Positions 29,035 to 39,773 of a stretch of 64,000 bases of DNA are shown piece after piece; the stretch's first letter is position 1, and every line of letters begins with the position of its first letter. Source of the DNA: Acidobacteriota bacterium (GTDB taxonomy: Bacteria; Acidobacteriota; Thermoanaerobaculia; Gp7-AA8). Where the stretch lies: positions 83,261 through 147,260 of the forward strand of contig JAFATB010000020.1 of the NCBI GenBank assembly GCA_019244185.1, written 5' to 3'. Under the pieces are notes generated by a model, which was not told the origin of the DNA, searched no databases, and was given only the letters and a program-made list of their open reading frames with translations. A program made the position numbers and the translations under genes.

Positions 29035-29400
29035 TCAGATGGCCATGATCTTTTCGATGTTCGACAACGAGTGGCGCGCCATGGCCAGGTTGGCGCGGTT
29101 GCGGTCGACGACGAGGTAGATGAAGAAGCCGTCCTTCTTCTCCATCGGCCGGATGAGGTGGTACTGGCGATTGAGGCTGATGAGGATGTCTTCGATGGTG
29201 TCGTTGAGGTTCAGGCTGTTCATCGTCTTGCGCTTCGCGCGGACGACTTCCGTGTTGCCGGCGGCGGCCACCTCGAGGTTCACCGCCGAGCCGCCGCCTT
29301 CCGATCCGAGCATCATTCCGCTGTTCGAATCGACCACGCACGCGCCGATGAATCCGTCCACTTCACTGAGCTTCTGAAGGCCTTCTTTGATCGTTGCCAT
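29035..29400 (-). CDS. Roadblock/LC7 (MglB-like) protein 1
   Basis: DGFIGACVVDSNSGMML, AAAGNTEVVRAK, IEDILISLNRQYHLIR, ANLAMAR; TAAGGAG RBS. Confidence 0.88.
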   Translation of the reverse strand: MATIKEGLQKLSEVDGFIGACVVDSNSGMMLGSEGGGSAVNLEVAAAGNTEVVRAKRKTMNSLNLNDTIEDILISLNRQYHLIRPMEKKDGFFIYLVVDRNRANLAMARHSLSNIEKIMAI

Positions 29401-29437
29401 TGCGTTTCTCTCCTTAATGGGTTGCTGAAGTCGAGCG

Positions 29438-30469
29438 TCATTCACTCGAGACGATCGATGAGAAAGGTTCGGAGATGGAGTCGTGCGGCTGGCCGGCGGG
29501 CGGCGCGACGCCGCGCTCGATGGCCAGCCGCGTGATGACCGACGTCCAGCAGTCGAGGCGCAGTCCGTCGGCGCTGTGCAGGTCGAGCAGGCGGTCGAGC
29601 TCGAGGTCGAGACCGAAGAGCGGCTCCGCGCCCTCGCGCAGTTGGCGCGTGTCGTCGCCGCGCTCAATCGCGTGCACGAGCCCCGCGAGCAGCGCGAGGT
29701 CGTGCGCGACGAGCTCGGAGCGCTGGCTGATGCCGCCGAGGAGCGCCACGACGGCGATCACTTCCTCCCACGTGCGCGCGCCGATGCTCTCGGCCGGATA
29801 CTCGGACGAGAGCCACGACTGCAGGCGGAACTGCAGCATGCGCAACTCGCGGCGGTCGCCGATGCGCATCGAGGAGTACTCGGTGGAGTTGAGCAGCGCC
29901 GCGATGCCGCGGCTCGCGGCGAGCAGCCTGCTCTTCAGATCCTGATGTCCCCTCCCCGCGTTCCACACTTCGCGGCGCAGCGTCGCGTAGCGGCGGCGCA
30001 CGGCCAGCGACGCCGCCAGCTCCGCCGCGCGGTCGAGCCGCGCCGGCAGATGGTCGTACCGACTGAGCGCGCCTTCGACGACGCTCGCCGATTTCGCGAG
30101 ACTGCGCAGCGAGCGCTCGCAGTTCTCGAGGAACGTCCAGTGATCGCACGGCTGCGCGTGCGTCAGCAGCGTGCGCCGCTGCTGGAGCGCCATGCCGGCC
30201 AGCGCGATGATGTCCGCCGCGTCGACGCGTTCGCGGTCGTCTTCGTCTTCCTCGAAGCGCGCGCCGACGCGGCTGATGATCGCGTACGTCTCATCGAGCA
30301 GCGGCACGATCGTGCGCAGCAGCGCCTCGTGCGCCGCCTCGGATTTGTCCGGCTCCGCCGCGCGCAGATCGATCGACTTGCCGCGCAGCAGCACGTCGCG
30401 AATCGCTTCCAGCGCACGGGAAACGAAATCCACGTGCTCGAAGGGCACATCCAGATCAACAGTTGCCAT
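29438..30469 (-). CDS. Uncharacterised helical protein, first gene of the sigma-54 operon
   Basis: 343-aa ORF directly after the -24/-12 promoter. Confidence 0.75.
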   Translation of the reverse strand: MATVDLDVPFEHVDFVSRALEAIRDVLLRGKSIDLRAAEPDKSEAAHEALLRTIVPLLDETYAIISRVGARFEEDEDDRERVDAADIIALAGMALQQRRTLLTHAQPCDHWTFLENCERSLRSLAKSASVVEGALSRYDHLPARLDRAAELAASLAVRRRYATLRREVWNAGRGHQDLKSRLLAASRGIAALLNSTEYSSMRIGDRRELRMLQFRLQSWLSSEYPAESIGARTWEEVIAVVALLGGISQRSELVAHDLALLAGLVHAIERGDDTRQLREGAEPLFGLDLELDRLLDLHSADGLRLDCWTSVITRLAIERGVAPPAGQPHDSISEPFSSIVSSE

Positions 30470-30497
30470 TGCGGAATCGGACCGAGGTCGCCTAAGC

Positions 30498-30512
30498 GCA
30501 AGGCAGGTGCCA
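30498..30512 (-). promoter_or_regulatory. Sigma-54 -24/-12 promoter
   Basis: TGGCAC-CTGCC-TTGC matches the TGGCAC-N5-TTGC consensus. Confidence 0.88.
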
Positions 30513-30543
30513 CGGCCGCGCAGAGAGGAAGGCGCGTCGTCGT

Positions 30544-30580
30544 TGTCGCGATCCGCGACGGTTTGTCCAGGATCGAGACA
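30544..30580. promoter_or_regulatory. Tandem enhancer (UAS) sites for the adjacent sigma-54 activator
   Basis: TGTC-N9-GACG (30544-30560) and TGTC-N9-GACA (30564-30580), 20 bp apart. Confidence 0.65.
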
Positions 30581-30602
30581 AACGCAGCGCGACGTGCGCG
30601 GC

Positions 30603-32000
<1,398 letters not shown>

Positions 32001-32136
32001 GGATTACTACTGCCGGCGCGGACGCCAGAAAAATACACGCACCCGAAACGTTACCTGCGCCGCGATGATCGCACCGCGGGCCGCGCGTGTATACGTGCGC
32101 TTACGCCGACGACCGATGCTCGCTAACATGCACGCG

Positions 32137-32961
32137 ATGACGGGCAAGCTCCTCCTCGTCGGCACGCCGCTCGGCAATCTCTCCGACATGCCGCCGCGCG
32201 CCGTCGACGCGCTGAAGTCGGCGGATCTCATCCTCTGCGAGGACACGCGCCACACGCGCAAGCTGCTCACGCACTTCGGCATCGATCGTCCGACCGACAG
32301 CTATCACGAGCACAACGAGGACGCGAAAGCGGACTCGCTCGTCGACCGCATCGAGCGCGGCGAGACGCTCGCGCTCGTGAGCGACGCGGGCATGCCGGTC
32401 GTCTCCGATCCCGGCTATCGCATCGTGCGCATCGCGCGCGAACGCGGCGTCGTCGTCGAGCCGGTGCCGGGTCCCTTCGCGGGCGTCCTCGCGCTCGCCG
32501 CCAGCGGCATCGCACCGCTCCCCTTCACCTTCCTCGGCTTCTCGCCGCATCGCCAGGGTGAGCGCCTCGATTTCTATCGACGCGCCGCGGAGCTCGGGCA
32601 CACGACGATCGTCTACGAGTCACCGGAGCGCGTCATCGCCTCGCTCGAAGACGCGCTCGCGGTCCTCGGCGACGCCGAATGCGCCGTCGCGCGCGAGCTC
32701 ACGAAGCTGCACGAGGAGATCGTGAGCGGACGGATCTCGGAGGTGCTGGCGACGCTGCGCGAACGCGAGCGCGTGCATGGCGAGATCACGCTCGTCTTCG
32801 GCGCGGCGGCGGTCGCGGCGGAAGAAGTGTCGACGGAAACGCTGCGCGCGGAGTTCGAGCGGTTGCGCGAAGAAGGGCTGCGGCGCAACGACGCGGTGAA
32901 AGCGGTCGCGGAGAAATTCGGGATGCGGCGGAACGACGTCTATCGTCTGCTCGCCGGCTGA
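32137..32961 (+). CDS. rsmI: 16S rRNA (cytidine1402-2'-O)-methyltransferase
   Basis: GTPLGNL, CEDTR, VSDAGMP.VSDPG, RELTKLHEE. Confidence 0.95.
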   Translation: MTGKLLLVGTPLGNLSDMPPRAVDALKSADLILCEDTRHTRKLLTHFGIDRPTDSYHEHNEDAKADSLVDRIERGETLALVSDAGMPVVSDPGYRIVRIARERGVVVEPVPGPFAGVLALAASGIAPLPFTFLGFSPHRQGERLDFYRRAAELGHTTIVYESPERVIASLEDALAVLGDAECAVARELTKLHEEIVSGRISEVLATLRERERVHGEITLVFGAAAVAAEEVSTETLRAEFERLREEGLRRNDAVKAVAEKFGMRRNDVYRLLAG

Positions 32962-33548
32962 TCGATGAGGATCGCGCGCGAGAACTTGATGAAGTAGTCG
33001 ATGCCCGAGGCGAGCGCGAAAAGCATCACCGCCCACAGCGCGATCGTGCCGGTGAGGCGCAGCTCGCCGAGCTCGTAGCCGAGGATCAGGAGCGAGATGG
33101 CGATCACCTGCGAAATCATCTTGCCTTTGCCGAGCGGCGACGCGGCGATGGTCACGCCCTGCTGCGCGGCGATCGAGCGCAGACCCGACACCGCGAACTC
33201 GCGTCCGATGATGATCACCACCATCCACGCGGGCACGTGCTTCGAGTCCATCTCCACGAGCGAGATGAACGCGGCGGACATGAGCAGCTTGTCGGCGATC
33301 GGATCGAGCAGCGCGCCGAGGCGCGTGGTCTGGTTGCGGCGCCGCGCGAGCCAGCCGTCGAAGAAGTCGGTGACGGCGGCGACCAGGAAGATGCCGAGGC
33401 CGACGTACTCGCGTCCGGTGAACTTCGTCAGGAGGACGACGACGAGGAACGGAACGAGGAAGATGCGCAGCAGCGTCAGCGCGTTCGGAAGGTTCCAGAT
33501 CTCGGTCGATGCATACGTGGGGCGCGCGACGGTATCGGGGACGGACAT
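32940..33548 (-). CDS. pgsA: CDP-diacylglycerol--glycerol-3-phosphate 3-phosphatidyltransferase
   Basis: NLPNALT, TDFFDGWLARR..GALLDPIADK. Confidence 0.93.
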   Translation of the reverse strand: MSVPDTVARPTYASTEIWNLPNALTLLRIFLVPFLVVVLLTKFTGREYVGLGIFLVAAVTDFFDGWLARRRNQTTRLGALLDPIADKLLMSAAFISLVEMDSKHVPAWMVVIIIGREFAVSGLRSIAAQQGVTIAASPLGKGKMISQVIAISLLILGYELGELRLTGTIALWAVMLFALASGIDYFIKFSRAILIDQPASRR

Positions 33549-33619
33549 CGACTCTCGCGAGTCAGGATAGTCGTTTCGTCCGGACGTGGGAAGCATCGCT
33601 AGGAATTTCAACCACGCAA

Positions 33620-33647
33620 TTGACATTCCGGGTGCAGCAGTTAGAAT
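33620..33647 (+). promoter_or_regulatory. Sigma-70 promoter of tRNA-Leu
   Basis: TTGACA-N16-TAGAAT. Confidence 0.8.
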
Positions 33648-33670
33648 CGCCCGCCTTCACAGGTTCTCAC

Positions 33671-33757
33671 GCGAAAGTGGCGGAACTGGTAGACGCGCAG
33701 GTCTCAGAAGCCTGTGACCGCTAGGTCATGGGGGTTCGATTCCCCCCTTTCGCACCA
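33671..33757 (+). tRNA. tRNA-Leu (anticodon CAG)
   Basis: Acceptor GCGAAAG/CTTTCGC, anticodon arm CAGGT-CT-CAG-AA-GCCTG, long variable arm, TTCGA T-loop, encoded CCA. Confidence 0.96.
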
Positions 33758-33766
33758 ACCTCTCTC

Positions 33767-34915
33767 CTACGTCAGCCGTTCGTCTCCCGAAACCGGCAGC
33801 CGCAGTGCCACCGCCTCGTGCGCGTGCAGATCGCACTGGTTCGCCGCGCCGCGGGCCATGAGAGCGCCCTCTCGTTTGAAGTGAATCTTCGAGGGTGACG
33901 TCCGGTGCGCGGAGATGCGGCGCCAGTGGATGTGCACCTCGCCGACCGGCAAGCCCGCGAACGTGTACGCGCGCGAGTAGTTGTTGACGCCGTCTTCCAC
34001 GGCGCCGGTGACGGGATCCGCACCACCGGAGTACTTGGGCGACGCGGTCACGGCCGCGGTCCGCATCTGCCCCACGTAGTTGGTGTAGACCTGCGTCGCG
34101 TTGTGGCTGCCGACGTACGTCGCGATGTCCGCCAGTCGTTGCGCTTCGGCTGCCGCCGCCGCGGCGGCTGCTGCCGCCGCTGCAGCTGCTGCCGCGGCAG
34201 CAGCATCGGCGACCGCCGTACGTCTCGCGGTGTACGCCGCCTTGATCCCGTCCCGCTCCGCGATGCTGTCGTCGTACGTATTCGCGATGCCGAGCGCGGC
34301 GCGCGCCGCATCGACGCGACGCCTGTTCTGCACATCCTTCATCTTCAGACCGGCATCGTCCGCGTAAATGCGTTCGCCGAGTTGCACCTGTTCCGCCGGC
34401 GTCAGCAGACGCTGCACCGTACGCGCCGCGGCCGGCGGACGCGTCATCCGCTGCGCGACGAACGCCGCCTCGACACGCAGCGACATCCGCGAGGCCTCGG
34501 CTTCGGCCGCCGCATCGTGCACGACCGCCACTCCGCCGCCGAACGGATTGCGAATGCGGCCGGCGCGCTGCTGCACGACGTGCGCGAGCTCGCGGCCGAG
34601 GAGCTGGCGTCCGCGCGGCGTCGCGGGATCGTACTGGCCGGTCGCGAAGTGGGTGTCGGAGCCGCGCGTGAACGCCGTCGCGCCGAGGGCCGCCGCGTGC
34701 GGTCCGACGTGAATGCGCATGTCGGAGAACGACGTGTTGAAGACCGACTCCATCATCTGCCGCACGGGCGCGTGCAGCGGCATGCCGCGACCGGCGCCGA
34801 AATTCGAAAGCGCCGGCGGCAGCGGCACGCTGGTGGCGCCGCGCGCCTGCACGCGCGTCGCGAGCTGGGCGACACCATGAGGGAAGGATCCCTGAATCAC
34901 ATCCGCACGCGGCAT
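33767..34915 (-). CDS. DUF4157 (eCIS core) domain protein with poly-Ala linker and unknown C-terminal domain
   Basis: GMPL..VRQMME..FSDMRIH..GATAFTRG..LLGRELAHVVQQ..EAEA; GGAGG RBS. Confidence 0.85.
   Translation of the reverse strand: MPRADVIQGSFPHGVAQLATRVQARGATSVPLPPALSNFGAGRGMPLHAPVRQMMESVFNTSFSDMRIHVGPHAAALGATAFTRGSDTHFATGQYDPATPRGRQLLGRELAHVVQQRAGRIRNPFGGGVAVVHDAAAEAEASRMSLRVEAAFVAQRMTRPPAAARTVQRLLTPAEQVQLGERIYADDAGLKMKDVQNRRRVDAARAALGIANTYDDSIAERDGIKAAYTARRTAVADAAAAAAAAAAAAAAAAAAAEAQRLADIATYVGSHNATQVYTNYVGQMRTAAVTASPKYSGGADPVTGAVEDGVNNYSRAYTFAGLPVGEVHIHWRRISAHRTSPSKIHFKREGALMARGAANQCDLHAHEAVALRLPVSGDERLT
34148..34204 (-). repeat. Ala19 homopolymer encoded by mixed GCN codons
   Basis: Direct translation; all four Ala codons are used. 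Confidence 0.9.
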
Positions 34916-35015
34916 TGCACGCCTCCCGATGATCGGATCGCATTCATCGTAGCAGCAGCGCCGCATGCGCGGTCGCTCTTCCCGCTGGCCCATCCTTCGC
35001 AGTAAGTTGTTCGCG

Positions 35016-35441
35016 ATGAGGCGCATCGCCGTTCTTCTGTCCGCCGTCCTGCTGCTCGCCGCGTGCGACGCGACCACCGCACCGCAACAAAACGCGCAGA
35101 GCGAGATGCGGACGATCAGCTCCGCGCCGCCGCGACCCGCCCCGCTCGACGCGCCGCCGACACTGCAGGACGAGGCGCCGCCGCCGAAGCCGAAAGCGAT
35201 GCCGTGGGAGACGCCGACACCGATCGTCTTCACGCCCGACGACGAGAAGCTGCGCGCGTCGCTGCCGTTCACGCCCGCCATCGCCATGGACCCGATCGAC
35301 GGCAGCAAGATCTCCATCCGCGCCGCCACGCCCACCTTCGAGTTCAAGGGAAAGATCTACTATTTCTCGTCGGACGATCACAAACGCACGTTCATGTCCA
35401 AGCCCGAGGAATACGCGAAGGGCGTCTTCACCAAACTCTAG
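35016..35441 (+). CDS. YHS-domain lipoprotein
   Basis: LAAC lipobox; DPIDG...FKGKIYYFSS...F...PEEY. Confidence 0.8.
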   Translation: MRRIAVLLSAVLLLAACDATTAPQQNAQSEMRTISSAPPRPAPLDAPPTLQDEAPPPKPKAMPWETPTPIVFTPDDEKLRASLPFTPAIAMDPIDGSKISIRAATPTFEFKGKIYYFSSDDHKRTFMSKPEEYAKGVFTKL

Positions 35442-35450
35442 GCGGCGCGC

Positions 35451-36614
35451 TCATCGCGTGACGACGATCCCGGAGGTCCAGCGCACTTCTCCGAGGTCGA
35501 GCGAGCGCCAGTAGACCTTCTGCAGCGACGTCTCGAGCGCGAGTCCACGATCGAGCTGAACGCGCAGCGCCAGCGCCGCCGCGACTCCCGCTTCCACGCC
35601 CGCGACGAGTTCCACGCCATTGCGCGTGAGGAGCCGATGTTCGTCGCGCCAGTCGGCGAGCTCGACGCCGGCGCTGCCTCGCAGCGCGAGCGCGCGCGTC
35701 AGCGGCACGACGCGCGAGATTGCCACGCCGTACCCTTCGATCGTCTTGCTGCGAAAGTTGCCGTCGTAGCCGCGGAACATCGACGGGATGGAGGACTCGT
35801 GCGCGGTCGAGCTCCACGACAGCTCGACGTCGACGTGATGCCACGGCAGACGGCGCGCGGCCGACAATCGATTCACGGCCGCGGCGGTCAGGGCACGGTC
35901 GCTGCCGAGGCCCGCGCCCGGCCACGTCGTTCCCGTCATCGCACCGAACTCCCACGAGGAAAGGGCGGCGCCGGATCCGTCCGCGACGAGCATCACGGAG
36001 ATGTCGCGCGATGGCGCCGCGTGCATGCGCGAGAGCGTGAAGTCGCGGCGCGATACGCGGACTGACGCTCCCGGCCGCAACGGCAGCGTCGCCGCGAGCT
36101 CGAGGAAACGCATGCCGCCCAGCTCGTCGCGCGTCGTCGTCGCGAACGCGCCGATTCCGTAGCGCGCTCCGAATCCGAACCGCGCAAGCCGTACATCCGC
36201 GCCCGCGAACGCCGATCCGCTGAGCAGCGCGAAGTCTCGCTGGCTGAGGTTGTACTCCGTATGACTGATCGCGGCGTCCGCTCCGCCGACGATCCGCACG
36301 GGGCCGAGCGTCCAGAAGTCGCGTTCCCGGCCCGCGCGGAATCCGATCGAGTCGTCGAGGTTTCCGCGCGCGAAGTCGACGGCGTCGCAGTTCGGCGCCG
36401 CAATGCGTGACGCGACGACACCCGCGTCGGGCGCACTCTCGATGTCACGGCAGCTGGGCTGATCGTGTCCGTGGTGGCCGATCGTCGTCCACCGCGAGGT
36501 GAAGCCGCCGGCAAACGTCCGCCATTCGTCGGCGCGCGCGGCCTGGATGGGAAGAAGGACCGCGAACAGCGCGGTCGCGATGCGAAATCGGAGACGTCGT
36601 GTTTGCGTGAGCAC
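35451..36614 (-). CDS. Hypothetical outer-membrane/secreted beta-rich protein
   Basis: Signal peptide ending ARA; amphipathic beta strands. Confidence 0.6.
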   Translation of the reverse strand: MLTQTRRLRFRIATALFAVLLPIQAARADEWRTFAGGFTSRWTTIGHHGHDQPSCRDIESAPDAGVVASRIAAPNCDAVDFARGNLDDSIGFRAGRERDFWTLGPVRIVGGADAAISHTEYNLSQRDFALLSGSAFAGADVRLARFGFGARYGIGAFATTTRDELGGMRFLELAATLPLRPGASVRVSRRDFTLSRMHAAPSRDISVMLVADGSGAALSSWEFGAMTGTTWPGAGLGSDRALTAAAVNRLSAARRLPWHHVDVELSWSSTAHESSIPSMFRGYDGNFRSKTIEGYGVAISRVVPLTRALALRGSAGVELADWRDEHRLLTRNGVELVAGVEAGVAAALALRVQLDRGLALETSLQKVYWRSLDLGEVRWTSGIVVTR

Positions 36615-36912
36615 GCCGCGCCACTAAGGCAACGGGTACGCCGCGCCACCGCCAACTTGCGCGGAAGCAGCGATCGACGCTCAATTGCAAGCAGCCAAAG
36701 AACATCGGATCGAAACCGCAAGCGCGCCCGCTCGGGCGTGCGTGCGACTCGCGTCAGGGAACGCAGACGCGTCGTGTCCGCGTGACCAGACAAACGTGCG
36801 GCCTTCGCATTCAGCGAGGCGCTGATTTACCATGACGCCCACGGACGAGTACGGCTGCTCGTTCCTGAAACCCCCGGCAAATACGCGAAGGGAGTCTTCC
36901 CAACTCGAATCG

Positions 36913-38424
36913 ATGCGGCGTGGTTGGACGTACGTCCTGGCCTGCCTCGGCTACACGGCGTTCTGGCTCGTCACCCGCTGGCCGGCCATCGCCGCGAACC
37001 CGCTTTTCTTCGACGACTTCGCCCTCCCCGCCACCCCCGCCGCGTTCTACATCGGCTCGTACCGCCCGTTCCTCTGGCTCGAGTATCGATTCTGGGAGCT
37101 GCTCATCCCGGGACACTTCTGGACGCACGTGCCGAAGCTCGCCGCCGCGATTTACCTCGGCCTCTTCGCGACCGCGCTGGCCGCGCTGCTGCGCAAGTGG
37201 AACGTGCCGCCCGCGATCGCGTTCGCGACGCCGCTCGTCGTCCTCGCCAATCCCGTCCTCAACGACGCGGGCCTCTGGAACTCGCTGCACGCGCTGCCGC
37301 TCGCGCTCGCGCTGATCACGGCGGCGGCGGTGGTGTGGGAACGCGAGGACGCGTCGTGGCGGATGTGGCTCGGCGGCGCGGCGCTGCTGCTCTGCGGGAT
37401 CTTTGGATATCAAATCTTCGTCAGCCTCGCCGTCGTCTATCTGCTCGCCGAGCCGGCCGTGAAGACGCTCACCGGCGTCGCGTGGAACTGGCGCGCGTCG
37501 CTGCGCAAGCTCGTCGCGATCGCGGCGGTGACGTTCGTGCAGCTCGTGTACATGCAGCTGACGCGCACGGCGGACAGCGATCCGCGCGGGCTGCTGCACG
37601 CGACGTCGTTCCGCGCGTACCTGCTGGAAAAACTGCACGGCCTCATCGATCTCGCGGTCAACGGCGTGATGCCGATCCTCGCGTACGCCGGCGGCGTGCG
37701 CCTCGCCTATCGCACCTGGTACTACGTGCCCCTCGTCCTCGGCGTGCTGCTCGCGATTGCGACGTGGCGGCGTTTCGGCGCGTCGCGCGCGTTGCTGTAC
37801 GGCGCCGGTCCGCTCGCGCTCTTCTTCGCGCCGTCGCTGCCGTGCCTCATCAGCAGCGCCGATCCGTACGCATGGCGCGTGTCATCGCCGGTCGCCGTGT
37901 CGCTCGCGCTGTCGTTGATGATGCTGCTGCTCGTGCTCGCACGCGATGCGCGTGCGGCGTCGGCGGTGCTCGCTGTCGCCGCGATCCTCGTCGCGCCGAT
38001 CGGCCACTACGAGGCGTCGCTGCGCGTGATCAGCGTCGAGCGCGACGCGCGCCTGCTGCGCGAGCTTGGCAACGCGCGTGCGGTGTCGTACGTCGGGCCC
38101 GCCCTCGGCGCGGCGGAAGACGAACGGCTCGCCGGCCCGCATCTGCTGACGTGGGGCTACGAGGTGCGCACGCCCGCCATGTGGTCGGGCTTCTCGAACG
38201 CCTGGACCACCGCCTACTTCCTGCGCCACGTCGCGCCCGCGGTCGCGTATGTCGACTGCTCGCCGGCGATGCAGGGACGCGTCTGCGACGATGCGCGTTC
38301 GCTGTGCGCGCGCAGCTCGCCGGCAGCGGCCCGCCCGCTCGTCGCTCAGGGCGAGGGTGTCGTCGCGGTCTGCGCGCCCGACGGACGCGCGAATCGCCGC
38401 ATCACCACGGCGTCGTCGCGATAG
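36913..38424 (+). CDS. Polytopic membrane protein, probable GT-C (GtrII-like) glycosyltransferase
   Basis: FFDD loop after the first TM, YRP, YQ motif, many TMs. Confidence 0.6.
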   Translation: MRRGWTYVLACLGYTAFWLVTRWPAIAANPLFFDDFALPATPAAFYIGSYRPFLWLEYRFWELLIPGHFWTHVPKLAAAIYLGLFATALAALLRKWNVPPAIAFATPLVVLANPVLNDAGLWNSLHALPLALALITAAAVVWEREDASWRMWLGGAALLLCGIFGYQIFVSLAVVYLLAEPAVKTLTGVAWNWRASLRKLVAIAAVTFVQLVYMQLTRTADSDPRGLLHATSFRAYLLEKLHGLIDLAVNGVMPILAYAGGVRLAYRTWYYVPLVLGVLLAIATWRRFGASRALLYGAGPLALFFAPSLPCLISSADPYAWRVSSPVAVSLALSLMMLLLVLARDARAASAVLAVAAILVAPIGHYEASLRVISVERDARLLRELGNARAVSYVGPALGAAEDERLAGPHLLTWGYEVRTPAMWSGFSNAWTTAYFLRHVAPAVAYVDCSPAMQGRVCDDARSLCARSSPAAARPLVAQGEGVVAVCAPDGRANRRITTASSR

Positions 38425-39773
38425 ACGTCCTGCTCCACCGCTCCCGGCGCAATCACCCGCAGCCGATCCTGCGGATCGAGGAACGTGATGAACGTGCGCA
38501 CATTCGCGGGAACGACGAGTTCCTCCGCGCGCTCGGTGCGCAGGAGCCAGTCGCGCGCCGGGATGCTCGTGTAGTGGCGCAGCTCGAGCGTCGTGAACGG
38601 CCGGCAGATGACCGGCGTGCCCGGCGTATGCCATTGCTCGAGCCGCGCGTACGCGGCGCGCATGTCGCGGATGTGCATGTACGAGGTCGTGTACGTCTCG
38701 CCGCGCGTGCAGAAGAGCAGCACGGCGAGAAACACCGGCGCGGCGTAGACGAGCCGCAGGTTCGCGAGCCACTGCACCGCCAGCGCGAACACGAAGACGA
38801 CGCCCGGCAACGCGAAGAGCATGAGGCGCACCTCGCCGTACGGATAGACGTGCGCCGCGCTCGCCAGCAGCACGAGCAGCGGCGGCGCGAGCGCGGCGAT
38901 GAGCCACGAGCCGCGCGTGCGGTCGCGCCTCACGACCACGCAAACGGCGAACGCCGCAATCAGCACGACGACCAGCGGCAGCAGGAACCGCGTGAGATTC
39001 AGCGACTGCCCGAGCCAGAGCCGCGTCTGATGCACGACGAAGGACGGCGAACCGTTCCAGAACGCCGGGACCGTGTTCGTAAAGTACGCGTTGAGATCGA
39101 ACTCCTGCACGTCCTGCGCGCCCGGCTTCAGATACGCGACGTACGCGAGCGCGAACAGCAGCGCGAAGCCGGCGTGCAGCGCACCGAGGCGCACGCGTGT
39201 GCGCCAGTCGCGCGCGTAGACGAGCGACGCCGCGCCGGTCGCGGCGAGCGCGAAGATGCTCGCGTGCAGCACGAGGACGCAGATCGCCGCGACGATCGCG
39301 AACGTCTTCCACCGCCGCGCATCCTCGGTCGCCCGCACGAAGAGCCACAGCAGCAGCGCGCAGCCGAGCGCCTCCCACGTGTACTGCTTGAGCCGCGCCG
39401 CGTAAAACGAGACCGGACTCGAGAACGCCAGCAGCGCCGTCGCCACGAGCATCCCCGCGCGGCCGAATGCGCGTGTTGTGCGCCACACGAGGAGCGGCAC
39501 GAGCGTCAGCGCGCACGCCGCGACTTCCGCCGGCACGCGCATGCAGCGCTCGCCGAGCCCGCAGACGTGCATCGCCAGCAGCTGCGCGAAGAAAAAGAGC
39601 GGCGGCACGTGGAAGCGATGCGGGATGTAAACGCCGCCGCGCACGTAGTCGAGCACCCACAGTTCGTCGCCGAAGAACGTGTCGTTCGCGTGCGTGAAGC
39701 GCAGCGCCGCGCCAACGGCGCAGAGTGCGAGCGCGCCGATCGCGGCGAGCGCATCGAGCCGCGGGCGCGTCAT
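38346..39773 (-). CDS. GT-C fold glycosyltransferase (family 39-like)
   Basis: FFGDE, PPLF, LKQY, YPY..R. Confidence 0.75.
   Translation of the reverse strand: MTRPRLDALAAIGALALCAVGAALRFTHANDTFFGDELWVLDYVRGGVYIPHRFHVPPLFFFAQLLAMHVCGLGERCMRVPAEVAACALTLVPLLVWRTTRAFGRAGMLVATALLAFSSPVSFYAARLKQYTWEALGCALLLWLFVRATEDARRWKTFAIVAAICVLVLHASIFALAATGAASLVYARDWRTRVRLGALHAGFALLFALAYVAYLKPGAQDVQEFDLNAYFTNTVPAFWNGSPSFVVHQTRLWLGQSLNLTRFLLPLVVVLIAAFAVCVVVRRDRTRGSWLIAALAPPLLVLLASAAHVYPYGEVRLMLFALPGVVFVFALAVQWLANLRLVYAAPVFLAVLLFCTRGETYTTSYMHIRDMRAAYARLEQWHTPGTPVICRPFTTLELRHYTSIPARDWLLRTERAEELVVPANVRTFITFLDPQDRLRVIAPGAVEQDVYRDDAVVMRRFARPSGAQTATTPSP

Noticed and set aside
33671-35441. Integrative element at tRNA-Leu
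   Set aside because: No integrase and no duplicated tRNA 3' end seen in the window
36613-36649. 12-nt direct repeat ACGCCGCGCCAC around a weak sigma-54-like CGGCGT-N5-TTGC
   Set aside because: GC-rich low-information repeat and poor -24 match
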